From contig CBDBOV010000006.1 of assembly GCA_965208575.1 (NCBI GenBank), positions 1,597,306 to 1,661,305 on the forward strand: a stretch of 64,000 nt of DNA, given 5' to 3'. The position numbers and the translations under genes are program-made. Positions 41,925 through 50,911 of the stretch are shown here, piece by piece. Below the pieces are notes generated by a model. It saw only the letters and a program-made list of their open reading frames with translations, was not told where the DNA came from and did no database searches. How positions within the stretch are numbered: position 1 is the first letter of the stretch; each line of letters begins with the position of its first letter. The stretch comes from Spirochaetia bacterium (lineage in GTDB: Bacteria; Spirochaetota; Spirochaetia; SZUA-6; Bin103).

Positions 41925-43355
41925 ATGCACCCGGCACCGCAGCAACGGGAAGGCGCCGCCGTTCGTCCCACGCGCGAACTCGATCGCGCCCTGCAGACCC
42001 TGCGTCCGGGCGACTGGTCGATCGATGGGGCGGAGCACGGCGTAGCGTGGCAGCGCGCCGAGTTGGTGGTGCCGGACACCGACCCGCTGCTGTTCCTGCA
42101 CCGCCTCGCCGGCACCGCGCCGGCCGCGATCCACTACTGGTCCGACCGCCGCCACGCGCTGCAGAGCGCCGGTTTGGGCATCGCGGCCGAGGTGAGGGGC
42201 GACGCCGGCTTCACCTTTGCCGACGTGTGCGGCAGAGTGCGGGCGTTGATCGGCTGTCGCCGGCAACGGCTGTACGGCGGCTTCCGCTTCGGCGCCGCAC
42301 CCGACGGCGGCCCGGAACCGCTCTGGCAGCCGTTCGGGAGCTTTCGCTTCACCCTGCCGCGGGTGGAGCTGACGAGAACCGCGGGCGGCACCGTCCTGGC
42401 GTGCAACTTCCGGCCGGGCGAGCACCGGACGCTGCGGACTGCATTGCTCGCGCTGGGCGATGTGTGCGGCGAATCGTTGCGCACCACGCGCGCCGTCCCG
42501 TCCGCGGATGGGGCTCGTCCGATCCCCGAACATCCGTGCCGCCACGAGCCGGACCGCGCACGCTGGCGGCGGATCGTGGCCGAGATCCTGCGGCGCCTGG
42601 CGGGCGGCCTCAACGGCGGCGCACTGGAGAAGATCGTGCTCGCCCGCCGCACCTCGTACGCGTTCTCCGCGCCCATCGATGCGCTCGCGCTGCTGGCGCG
42701 GCTGCGCGGCGTCAACCCCACCGCCTTTCACTTCGCCATACAGCCGGCACCCGGCGTGACGTTCCTGGGCGCGTCGCCCGAGCGCCTGCTGCGCCTGGCG
42801 GGACCCACGCTGGAGACGGAGGCACTGGCGGGCACGCGGCCGCGCGGCGCCACGCGCGAGGCCGACGCGCGCCTGGAAGCGGAGCTGCTGCGTTCCGACA
42901 AGGAACTGCGCGAGCATGGGTTCGTGCACACCCGCATCGCCGAGTGCCTGCGCGAGCTGTGTACCGGCGTCACCACCCAGGAGGTGGTAAGCGTGCGCAA
43001 GCTTGCCCACGTGCAGCACCTTCACACTTCGTTCAGAGGTTCGCTGCGCGCCGGGCTGGGGCTGGCGGACGCGCTGCACTGGCTGCATCCCACCCCCGCC
43101 GTCGGCGGGTACCCCACCTGCGGCGTGAGCGACCTGATCGCGGCCACCGAGGGGTTCGACCGCGGCTGGTATGCCGGCCCGGTCGGCTGGATCGGCGCCG
43201 CGGAGGCGGAGTTCGCGGTCGCGATCCGGTCCGGCGTCGCGGCCGCCGAGCGGCTGCACCTGTACGCCGGAAACGGCATCGTGCGAGGCTCCACCGCCGA
43301 CGCCGAGTGGGCGGAGATGGAACAGAAGATCCTCCAGATTCTGGACGTGGTGTAG
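41925..43355 (+). CDS. menF: Isochorismate synthase
   Basis: KIVLAR, GASPERL, ALAGT, KELREH, LHPTPAVGG, RGWYAG, YAGNGIV. Confidence 0.9.
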   Translation: MHPAPQQREGAAVRPTRELDRALQTLRPGDWSIDGAEHGVAWQRAELVVPDTDPLLFLHRLAGTAPAAIHYWSDRRHALQSAGLGIAAEVRGDAGFTFADVCGRVRALIGCRRQRLYGGFRFGAAPDGGPEPLWQPFGSFRFTLPRVELTRTAGGTVLACNFRPGEHRTLRTALLALGDVCGESLRTTRAVPSADGARPIPEHPCRHEPDRARWRRIVAEILRRLAGGLNGGALEKIVLARRTSYAFSAPIDALALLARLRGVNPTAFHFAIQPAPGVTFLGASPERLLRLAGPTLETEALAGTRPRGATREADARLEAELLRSDKELREHGFVHTRIAECLRELCTGVTTQEVVSVRKLAHVQHLHTSFRGSLRAGLGLADALHWLHPTPAVGGYPTCGVSDLIAATEGFDRGWYAGPVGWIGAAEAEFAVAIRSGVAAAERLHLYAGNGIVRGSTADAEWAEMEQKILQILDVV

Positions 43356-43414
43356 CTCGTGCGACGCCGGGTTCCACCGCGGGCTGCCGGCGGCACGGGA
43401 AGCGTCGGGGCGCC

Positions 43415-45172
43415 ATGAGCGACGGGCGCGGCACCAACAGCCACTGGGCGCAGCTCATGGTCGAAGAACTGGCCCGCTGCGGGTGCCGCTACTTCGTCAT
43501 CTCGCCCGGGTCGCGCTCGACCCCGCTGGTGGTGGCCGCGGCGCGCCATCCCGGGGTGACGGCATGCGTGTGCATCGACGAACGCGGAGCCGCCTTCCAC
43601 GCGGTGGGTTATGCCCGCGCAACCGGATCGCCCGCCGCCCTGGTTTGCACCTCGGGCACCGCCCTGGCCAACTACCTGCCCGCGGCGGTGGAAGCCGCCC
43701 AGGACCAGGTGCCCCTGTTGGTACTGAGCGCCGACCGGCCGCCGGAGCTGCACGACGCCGGGGCGAATCAGACTATCCTGCAGCGCGGCATGTTCGGCCA
43801 ATACGCGCGCTGGTCCACCGAGCTGCCGGCCCCCACGCCGCGCATCGACCCGCGCGTGGTGCTGACCACCATCGACCAGGCGGTATTTCGCTGCACGGCG
43901 GACCCGGCCGGGCCGGTGCATGTGAACGCGCCGTTCGGCGAGCCGCTGGAGCCGGGTCCGGTCCCGGAGCCGCTGCTGGAGGGTGCGCAGGGACGGCGCT
44001 GGCTCACCACCGAAGAGCCGTTCACTTCCTACCGGTCCTCGCCCGGCGAGGTGCCGGTCAACGAACTGGCGTCCGTGGTCGCGCGGAGCGCCCGCGGCCT
44101 GCTGGTCGCCGGCGGCATGGCGCGCGGCGCCGGAGCGGCTGTGGAAGCGCTGGCCGGGCACCTCGGCTGGCCGTTGCTCGGCGATGCCGCCAGCGGCGCG
44201 CGCGGCGGCGCCGGCGTCCAGCTACTGCTGCAGAGCCCGGGCGGGCGCCGCACGCTGCGCCCCGACACCGTGCTGCACTTCGGATCGCACGTCGTTGCCA
44301 AGCAGTACCTGACGCTGTTGCAGGAGGCCGCGCCGCTCCTGGTGCAGATCGCGCCCGGCCCGCGCCGCATCGACCCCAGCCACTCGGCGGCGCTGCGCAT
44401 CGCCGCCGAACCGGGGCGAGTGGCGCGGGCGCTCACCGCGCGGTGTGCGCCGCGGGAACCCTCCGCCTATGCGGGACAGGTGGGACGCGCCGGCGCGCGC
44501 GCGGCGGCGGCGGTGGCCGGCTGGGCCGATGAACAGCCGGGAATGACCGAACCGGTGGCGGCGCGACTCGCGGCCGCGGCGGCCGCCGGATCGCCGCCGG
44601 CCGGGCTGTTCGCTGCCAGCAGCATGCCGATCCGCGACCTGGACTCGTTCGCGACGCCGCTGCCGGCGGGGGTCGCCGTTGCCGCCAACCGCGGCGCCAG
44701 CGGAATCGATGGCGCGGTTGCCAGCGCCGCGGGTTTCGCCGCCGGTCTGCGCCGCCCGGTGATCGCGCTGCTCGGCGACCTGTCCCTGCTGCACGACCTG
44801 CCCTCCTTGAGCCAGCTCGGCGCGAGCCGGCACGGGCTGGTCATCGTCGTGGTCAACAACCGCGGCGGCGGCATCTTCTCGCTGCTGCCGCTGGCGCGCG
44901 TGGACGAACCCGGCTTCGACGCCCTGTTCGAGCGCTACTTCGCGACGCGGCACGAGATCGGCCTCGAGCCCGTGGCGGCCGGATTCGCTCTGCACTATGA
45001 GCGCCCGGCAACACCGGCGCACCTGGAACACTGTCTCGCTGCCGCCGTGCGCCGCGCGGCAGATGGCGACAGCACGCTGCTGGAGGTGCGCACCGATCGC
45101 GGCGGCAACGCCGCCGTTCACCGCGAATTGAGCCTGCGGGCGGAGCGGGCGGTGCTGGCAGGCCGCGGCTAG
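43415..45172 (+). CDS. menD: SEPHCHC synthase
   Basis: SPGSRSTPL, DERGAAF, TSGTA, ADRPPEL, NRGASGIDG, GDLSLLHD, NNRGGGIF. Confidence 0.94.
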   Translation: MSDGRGTNSHWAQLMVEELARCGCRYFVISPGSRSTPLVVAAARHPGVTACVCIDERGAAFHAVGYARATGSPAALVCTSGTALANYLPAAVEAAQDQVPLLVLSADRPPELHDAGANQTILQRGMFGQYARWSTELPAPTPRIDPRVVLTTIDQAVFRCTADPAGPVHVNAPFGEPLEPGPVPEPLLEGAQGRRWLTTEEPFTSYRSSPGEVPVNELASVVARSARGLLVAGGMARGAGAAVEALAGHLGWPLLGDAASGARGGAGVQLLLQSPGGRRTLRPDTVLHFGSHVVAKQYLTLLQEAAPLLVQIAPGPRRIDPSHSAALRIAAEPGRVARALTARCAPREPSAYAGQVGRAGARAAAAVAGWADEQPGMTEPVAARLAAAAAAGSPPAGLFAASSMPIRDLDSFATPLPAGVAVAANRGASGIDGAVASAAGFAAGLRRPVIALLGDLSLLHDLPSLSQLGASRHGLVIVVVNNRGGGIFSLLPLARVDEPGFDALFERYFATRHEIGLEPVAAGFALHYERPATPAHLEHCLAAAVRRAADGDSTLLEVRTDRGGNAAVHRELSLRAERAVLAGRG

Positions 45173-45799
45173 CGGGCCGCGATCAATCCGGCACCGGCAG
45201 CATCGCTTCCACTTGGTGCGTCACTGCCTGCAGAACCTCCTCGCGGGTGCCGCTGCGAATCAGCACGCACAGGCCAAGGTAGATGCTGAGCAACGAGCGG
45301 GCGGTCTGCACCTCGTGCACGGAGGGGGCGACCTCGCCTCCCGCCGCGGCGCGTTCGATGGCCGACCGAAAGCTGTTCTCCATCTCCAGGAAGGCGCTCT
45401 CGACCACCAGGGTTACCTCCGGGTCGCTGTACATGAGCTGCATGGCCGTGTTGATCAGCAGGCAATGATCGCGCTGCTCGGTCGCACCGGCGGCGGCGAT
45501 GGCCAGCTCGAACACCCTTATCAGAGCGGCGCGGGGCGACTCCGCCGTGCCCAGGTCGCTCAACCCGGGCGCACGGCACTCGGCCCCGTAGCGGCGCAAC
45601 GTCTCCACGAATAGTGTATGCTTGTCGCCGAAGGTGGCGTAGATGCTGCTCCGGCTCAGCCCCAGGTGTTCGGCGATCTCGCGCATCGACGTGTTCTGGT
45701 AGCCGCGCTCCCAAAATAGCTCCATAGCTTTGTCAAGAGCTATCCCACCGGCCCCTGGGCCGGCGCAGTCATGAAAGAAACAAGGGTGAGCTATAGTGT

Positions 45800-46000
45800 G
45801 GGCAGAGTTCTGGGTGGAGCGCGAAAGTAGGCCGGCGCGTCACTGGCGTTACGTTCTGCGAACCCGTTCAAGAGCTTGGCCCCGGGGCGGGTGGCGTAGT
45901 CATTGGTGAGGTTGTCAGCCGGCGCGGCCGGGTGGCGATCATCCCGTTCAGGAGAATACCTGCTACACACGCCTTGGCCGCACCACTCAGTCGTAGCGGA
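45800..46000 (+). ncRNA. Putative IS110 bridge RNA
   Basis: TCAAGAGC (45868-75) equals left target flank plus core; TCAGGAG (45948-54) equals donor flank plus core; both follow CCCGT; boundaries approximate. Confidence 0.65.
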
Positions 46001-46006
46001 GGTTTC

Positions 46007-47395
46007 ATGGCACGACGCAGACACAGACGCAAGGGCAAGGGCAGTCGCACAGCGCAACCAAAGGTGATGCACCCGGACGCTGCCGGCTTGGACATAGGCG
46101 CTACCGAGGTGTACGCGGCTGTGCGCCCGGAGCGCGACCCGGACCCGATCCGGAACTTTGCTACGTTCACCGCGGACCTGCACGCCTTGGCCGACTGGCT
46201 CAAGGAATGCGAGGTCACCACGGTGGCGATGGAGTCCACCGGTGTGTACTGGATTCCGGTGTATCAGATCCTGGAGGCACACGGCTTCGACGTGGTGCTG
46301 GTGAATGCGCGTCACGTGCACTCGGTACCCGGTCGGAAGTCCGACGTGGCCGACTGCGAGTGGTTGCGCTACCTGCACTCGGTGGGATTGCTGCGCGGCT
46401 CATTCCGCCCTGCCGACGAGGTGTGTGCACTGCGCTCGGTGCTGCGCCATCGCGACACCTTGATCAAGATGGCGTCGCGCAGCGTGTTGCACATGCAGAA
46501 GGCGTACAGCCAGATGAACGTGCATCTGCACCATGCCATCTCTGACCTGACGGGGACGACCGGTCTGGCCATTACGGACGCTATCCTGGCGGGTGAGCGG
46601 GATCCGGCGCGGTTGGCCGCTCTGGCCGACCGGCGGATCAAAGCCAGCCGCGAGACCTTGATCAAGGCGCTGCAGGGCGACTGGCGCGCCGAGCACCTGT
46701 TGGCGTTGCGGCACGCGCGAGCGACCTATGCCCACTACCAACAACTCATCACGGAGTGCGATCAGGAAATCGAAGCCGGCATCCGCGCGTTCGAAGCCAG
46801 CAGCGAGCCACCCGGCGCGGTGGGCGACGACCCACCGGATGAGGGAATCGATGCGGAGCCCGAGGCGCCAACCGAGTCACCGGCCAAGCGGTTCGACCTG
46901 CGCGGCCACCTTACGCACCTGTTCGGCACTGACCTGACGCTGATTCCCGGCATCGGCGAAAGTACGGCGCTGGTTCTGTTCACCGAACTCGGCCCGGAAC
47001 TGTCCCGCTTTCCGACCGCACCGCAATTCGCCTCCTGGCTGCACCTGTGCCCCCACAACCAGATCACCGGCGGCAAGATCATCAGCTCGCACACCGGTCG
47101 GGGCACCAATCGGGCCGCCCAGGCGCTGCACTGGGCGACCCAGTCGTTGTACCGCAGCCCATCGGCCCTGGGCCAGCACTTCCGCCGCATGCGGGCGCGT
47201 CTGGGTACTCCCGAAGCGACCACTGCAGTCGCGCATAAACTGGCTCGGATCATCTACCATCTGATCACGCATCGCGTGGCCTACGATGACAGCATCCTCG
47301 CCGCCGAGGAGCGCCAGGACCGGCGCCGCTTTGAACGCCGGCTCCGAAGGCAGGCACACGCACTCGGTTATGAGCTTGTCCCGGAGGCCGCCTGA
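46007..47395 (+). CDS. IS110 DEDD recombinase/transposase
   Basis: GLDIG, AMESTGVYW, KSDVADC (DEDD); C-terminal IPGIG..FASWLHLCP..ITGG..AVAHKLARIIY. Confidence 0.95.
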   Translation: MARRRHRRKGKGSRTAQPKVMHPDAAGLDIGATEVYAAVRPERDPDPIRNFATFTADLHALADWLKECEVTTVAMESTGVYWIPVYQILEAHGFDVVLVNARHVHSVPGRKSDVADCEWLRYLHSVGLLRGSFRPADEVCALRSVLRHRDTLIKMASRSVLHMQKAYSQMNVHLHHAISDLTGTTGLAITDAILAGERDPARLAALADRRIKASRETLIKALQGDWRAEHLLALRHARATYAHYQQLITECDQEIEAGIRAFEASSEPPGAVGDDPPDEGIDAEPEAPTESPAKRFDLRGHLTHLFGTDLTLIPGIGESTALVLFTELGPELSRFPTAPQFASWLHLCPHNQITGGKIISSHTGRGTNRAAQALHWATQSLYRSPSALGQHFRRMRARLGTPEATTAVAHKLARIIYHLITHRVAYDDSILAAEERQDRRRFERRLRRQAHALGYELVPEAA

Positions 47396-47463
47396 TTGTT
47401 GTTTCTCAGGAGCGAATTCTATGGTAAATGTCTTCTTTCTCGGCATTGTGTCCGCCTAACTTG

Positions 47464-47482
47464 TGACCTTGGGAACAGGTCA
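47464..47482. promoter_or_regulatory. Palindromic operator candidate upstream of the split TetR
   Basis: TGACCT-N7-AGGTCA, 17 nt upstream of the ATG at 47446. Confidence 0.5.
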
Positions 47483-47568
47483 TAGTTTACCATACGTTCC
47501 AGATCAAGGCCACAGGTAATGCACGAAAAGATTACGAATGTCTTCGAAGTGCTCTTGGGCTGCGCGGA

Positions 47569-48150
47569 CTACGAGATGAGCGCCCCGGCCTGGCTCTTGA
47601 TTGCCTGCAGGACGGACATGTCGGGGTTGCTGCGCGTCAGAATGCGCAGTCCTATGTAGAGGCTCAGCAAGCTGCGCGCCGTCAGCACCGGGTCGACGGC
47701 GCGTGGAATCTCGCCCAATTCCTGGCCCTGCTCGATCAGCGCCCGGAACACCTGCTCGGTCTCGCGGAACAGCTCGGTAACGACCTCGGCGACCTCGTCG
47801 TCGTGAGCCGCCAGCTCGGCGGCGGTGTTGATGACGAAGCAACCATCGCGGGAGCCGCCCACCACCAGCGCCGCGATGGCGCCCTCGAACACGTTCAGGA
47901 TCGACTCCGACGGCGAGGTTGAATTCGCCAGCATGTCCTGGAGCGCGGACGTAACTACCTTGATGTAGTGGTCGAGGGATCGCATGAACAATCCACGCTT
48001 GCTGCCGAACGTGTCGTAAATGCTGCCACGCCCTATGCCCATGCCGTCCACCAGATCCTGCATTGACGTCGGGTGATAACCGCGGCCCCAGAATTCACGC
48101 ATCGCCTTGGTCAGCGCTTCATCGACCTCAAATTGTTTCTTTCTGGGCAT
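47569..48150 (-). CDS. TetR/AcrR family transcriptional regulator
   Basis: MPRKKQF..FWGRGY..TSMQDL..GSIYDTFGSKRGLF HTH; GCFVINTAAE. Confidence 0.93.
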   Translation of the reverse strand: MPRKKQFEVDEALTKAMREFWGRGYHPTSMQDLVDGMGIGRGSIYDTFGSKRGLFMRSLDHYIKVVTSALQDMLANSTSPSESILNVFEGAIAALVVGGSRDGCFVINTAAELAAHDDEVAEVVTELFRETEQVFRALIEQGQELGEIPRAVDPVLTARSLLSLYIGLRILTRSNPDMSVLQAIKSQAGALIS

Positions 48151-48307
48151 GATTCGAATTGTGCCTTGTAGGTTGCCTATAGCTTACCGCACAAGTCGAA
48201 TACCGCACAAGATGTCACTACAAGAATCCCGGATCACATTCACGCTGCCTGTTAGGCAAACATTCGCCGCTCGCGAACCGGGCATCGCAGATGCCAACCT
48301 GCCGCCG

Positions 48308-50848
48308 TCATCCCTGACGAAACAGACCGGGAACCAGCCGATGCGCCAGCGCCGGGTGGGTCGGCGTGATCCGTACCGTGGCGCCGAGCCGCCCCGTGGT
48401 GTGGCACACCACCTGCGTACGGTACGTGGCTGTTTCACCATCCTGTTCAACCAACTCCATCGCCGCGCACTCGCCACCCGTTATGGCATCGGCGCCCGCA
48501 TCGCGGGAACACAGTGTACCATGGTACAGCGACACCTGCACCTCGGCGGCGGACAGGCCGCCCAGGCGCACGTCCGCCGTCACTTCCAGCCGCTCGCCGA
48601 CGCGCAGCGTCCGCGGACTGCTGCTCGCCAGCCGCTCGACGGCGGTGGCGGGCCAATGCTGCTCCAACCTGGCCAGGTATTGTGCCAGGTCGACGGCATC
48701 GCGCCATTCGCCGCCGGCCATGCGCCGCGCCTGCGCCAGGGCGGGCGCATAGAACATGCGGTGATACTCGGCCACCATGCGCTGCGCACTGAAGCGCTGT
48801 CCCACCTGCTTCATGGAGCGGCGCATCTTGCCGATCCACGCCCGCGGCAGGCCGTCGATGCCGCGATCGTAGAACATCGGAATCACGTTCTGCTCCAGCT
48901 CGCCGAACACGGCGTCGGCTTCGATCTCGTCCTGCACCTCTCCGTCGGCGTAGCTCTCGCCCGCGCCCACCGCCCATCCGATTTCGGGACTGAACGCTTC
49001 GTCCCACCAACCGTCCAGGGTGGACAGCACCAGCGACCCGTTCACGGCCGCCTTCATGCCGCTGGTGCCGCTCGCTTCATGCGGGCGGCGCGGGGTGTTG
49101 AGCCACAGGTCGCAACCGGACACCAGGTAGCGCGCGACGCTGATGTCGTAGTCGTCGAGAAACACCAGCCGGCTGCGCAGATCGTGGTCGGCGACGAACT
49201 GGACGATGTGGCGGATCATCTCCTTGCCCTGATGATCGTTGGGGTGCGCCTTGCCGGCCATGATGATCTGCACCGGGCGTTCCTGGTCGGTGAGCAGGCG
49301 CACCAGGCGCTCCGGACGGCGGAACAGCAGGCCGGCCCGCTTGTAGCCGGCGAAGCGGCGCGCAAAACCGATGGTGAGCGCGTCCGGACGCAACGCCACC
49401 TCGGCCGCCTGCAGGTCGCGTTCGGATGCGTGCTCGCGGCGCAACTGGGCCACGACTCGCTGCCGTGCGAACCAGATCATGCGCTCGCGGCGGCGCTCGT
49501 GGGTGTGCCACAGTTCCTCGTCGGCGATATTGTCCACCTGTTCCCAGACGGACACTTCCGGCCCGTACTTCTCGTCGGAGGAGCCCAGGTAGCGTTCCAG
49601 CAGATCCTGAATGTCGTGCGAAATCCAACTGCGCGGGTGCACGCCGTTGGTGATGTGCCGGATCGGCACCTCGTCCACCGGCACGCCCGGCCACAGGCCG
49701 CTCCACATGCTGCGCGACACCTTGCCGTGCAGCCGGCTGACGCCGTTGCAGTAGGCGGACAGGCGCAGGGCCAGGGGCGTCAGGCCGAATTCGTCGTGGC
49801 CGGCGCGCCCAAGCGCCAGGAACTCCTCTTCATTCAGCCCCAGCTCTCCGCGCAGCGGCGCCGCCTGGTCGAGCACCAGGTGGTTGTCGAAGCTCTCGTT
49901 GCCGGCCGGTACCGGGGTATGGGTGGTGAACACGTTGGTGCTCCACACCGCCTGCCGCGCCTCCGCGAAGCTCAGACCGTGTTCGCGCATCAGCGCTCGT
50001 ATGCGTTCCAGACCGAGAAACGCCGAGTGCCCCTCGTTCATGTGGGTTACGGCGACCGGAACATCGAGCGCGGCCAGGGCGCGCACGCCGCCGACGCCGA
50101 GCAGCAGTTCCTGGCGCAGGCGCTCGCGCCGGTCCGCGACGTACAACTGCGCCGTGATACGGCGCGCCGACGGATCGTTGATCTCGATGTCGGAGTCCAG
50201 CAGGTAGAGGCTTACCCGTCCCACCTGGACGCGCCACACCTGTGCGAAGGCGCGGTCGTGGCCCAGCTCCACCGCCACCTGCACCGGGGCGCCATCGCTG
50301 GAGGTGCACAGGGTCAACGGGAGATGGTGGAAGTCGTTTGGCGGATACGACTCCTTCTGCTGTCCTTCCATGGTGACGTGCTGGCGAAAGTAGCCGGTGC
50401 GGTACAACAGCCCCACTCCCACCACCGGCAGTCCGAGATCCGAGCAGCTCTTCAGGTGATCGCCGGACAGCACGCCGAGCCCACCGGAGTAGATCGGCAG
50501 GGTGACATCGAGGCCGAACTCCATCGAAAAGTAGGCGACCACGGCATCGCGGTCACCGCGATACCAGGGCGCCGCGTCGCGGTAGGCGCGATAGCTGGCG
50601 TATACGCGGTCCATGTGGGCCAGGAACGACTCATCCTGCTTGAGTTCGTCGAGCTGCTCCTGGGGCGCCTCGGTGAGCAGCCGCACCGGTGTCTGGTTGG
50701 TTCTGGTCCACAGTTCGTTGCCGAACCGCATGAACAGCCTGATGGCGTCGAAGTGCCAGCTGATCCAGAAGTCCTCGGCCAGCGTGGCCAGCGGCGCGAG
50801 CCGGGGTGGGAGGTTTGGTTTGACGGTGAAAGTCAGTCGCTGTGACAT
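48308..50848 (-). CDS. glgP: Alpha-glucan phosphorylase
   Basis: YFSMEFG, YSGGLGVLSGD, HMNEGH, FARRFAGYKR, AGKAHP, EASGTSGMKA (PLP lysine). Confidence 0.95.
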   Translation of the reverse strand: MSQRLTFTVKPNLPPRLAPLATLAEDFWISWHFDAIRLFMRFGNELWTRTNQTPVRLLTEAPQEQLDELKQDESFLAHMDRVYASYRAYRDAAPWYRGDRDAVVAYFSMEFGLDVTLPIYSGGLGVLSGDHLKSCSDLGLPVVGVGLLYRTGYFRQHVTMEGQQKESYPPNDFHHLPLTLCTSSDGAPVQVAVELGHDRAFAQVWRVQVGRVSLYLLDSDIEINDPSARRITAQLYVADRRERLRQELLLGVGGVRALAALDVPVAVTHMNEGHSAFLGLERIRALMREHGLSFAEARQAVWSTNVFTTHTPVPAGNESFDNHLVLDQAAPLRGELGLNEEEFLALGRAGHDEFGLTPLALRLSAYCNGVSRLHGKVSRSMWSGLWPGVPVDEVPIRHITNGVHPRSWISHDIQDLLERYLGSSDEKYGPEVSVWEQVDNIADEELWHTHERRRERMIWFARQRVVAQLRREHASERDLQAAEVALRPDALTIGFARRFAGYKRAGLLFRRPERLVRLLTDQERPVQIIMAGKAHPNDHQGKEMIRHIVQFVADHDLRSRLVFLDDYDISVARYLVSGCDLWLNTPRRPHEASGTSGMKAAVNGSLVLSTLDGWWDEAFSPEIGWAVGAGESYADGEVQDEIEADAVFGELEQNVIPMFYDRGIDGLPRAWIGKMRRSMKQVGQRFSAQRMVAEYHRMFYAPALAQARRMAGGEWRDAVDLAQYLARLEQHWPATAVERLASSSPRTLRVGERLEVTADVRLGGLSAAEVQVSLYHGTLCSRDAGADAITGGECAAMELVEQDGETATYRTQVVCHTTGRLGATVRITPTHPALAHRLVPGLFRQG

Positions 50849-50911
50849 GGGCTTCGGTCTCCTTGAGGGCGCGCAGTCCCTGATCCGGGTGCGTCGTGCA
50901 TCGGCGGGCGG

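Larger units (their letters stand above)
45741..47413 (+). mobile_element. IS110-family insertion sequence, 1673 bp, GAGC core at both junctions
   Basis: GAGC at 45737-40 and 47410-13; ends defined by the split TetR frame; 266-bp non-coding left end and very short right end. Confidence 0.9.
45183..47446 (-). pseudogene. TetR/AcrR regulator split by IS110 (5' fragment 47446-47410, 3' fragment 45740-45183)
   Basis: Removing the IS restores MPRKKTFTIEFALDKAMELFWERGY, collinear with the paralogue MPRKKQFEVDEALTKAMREFWGRGY. Confidence 0.9.

Noticed and set aside
45183-45725. Intact 180-aa TetR starting at MELFW
   Set aside because: It lacks the first helix; the true N-terminus lies beyond the IS at 47446
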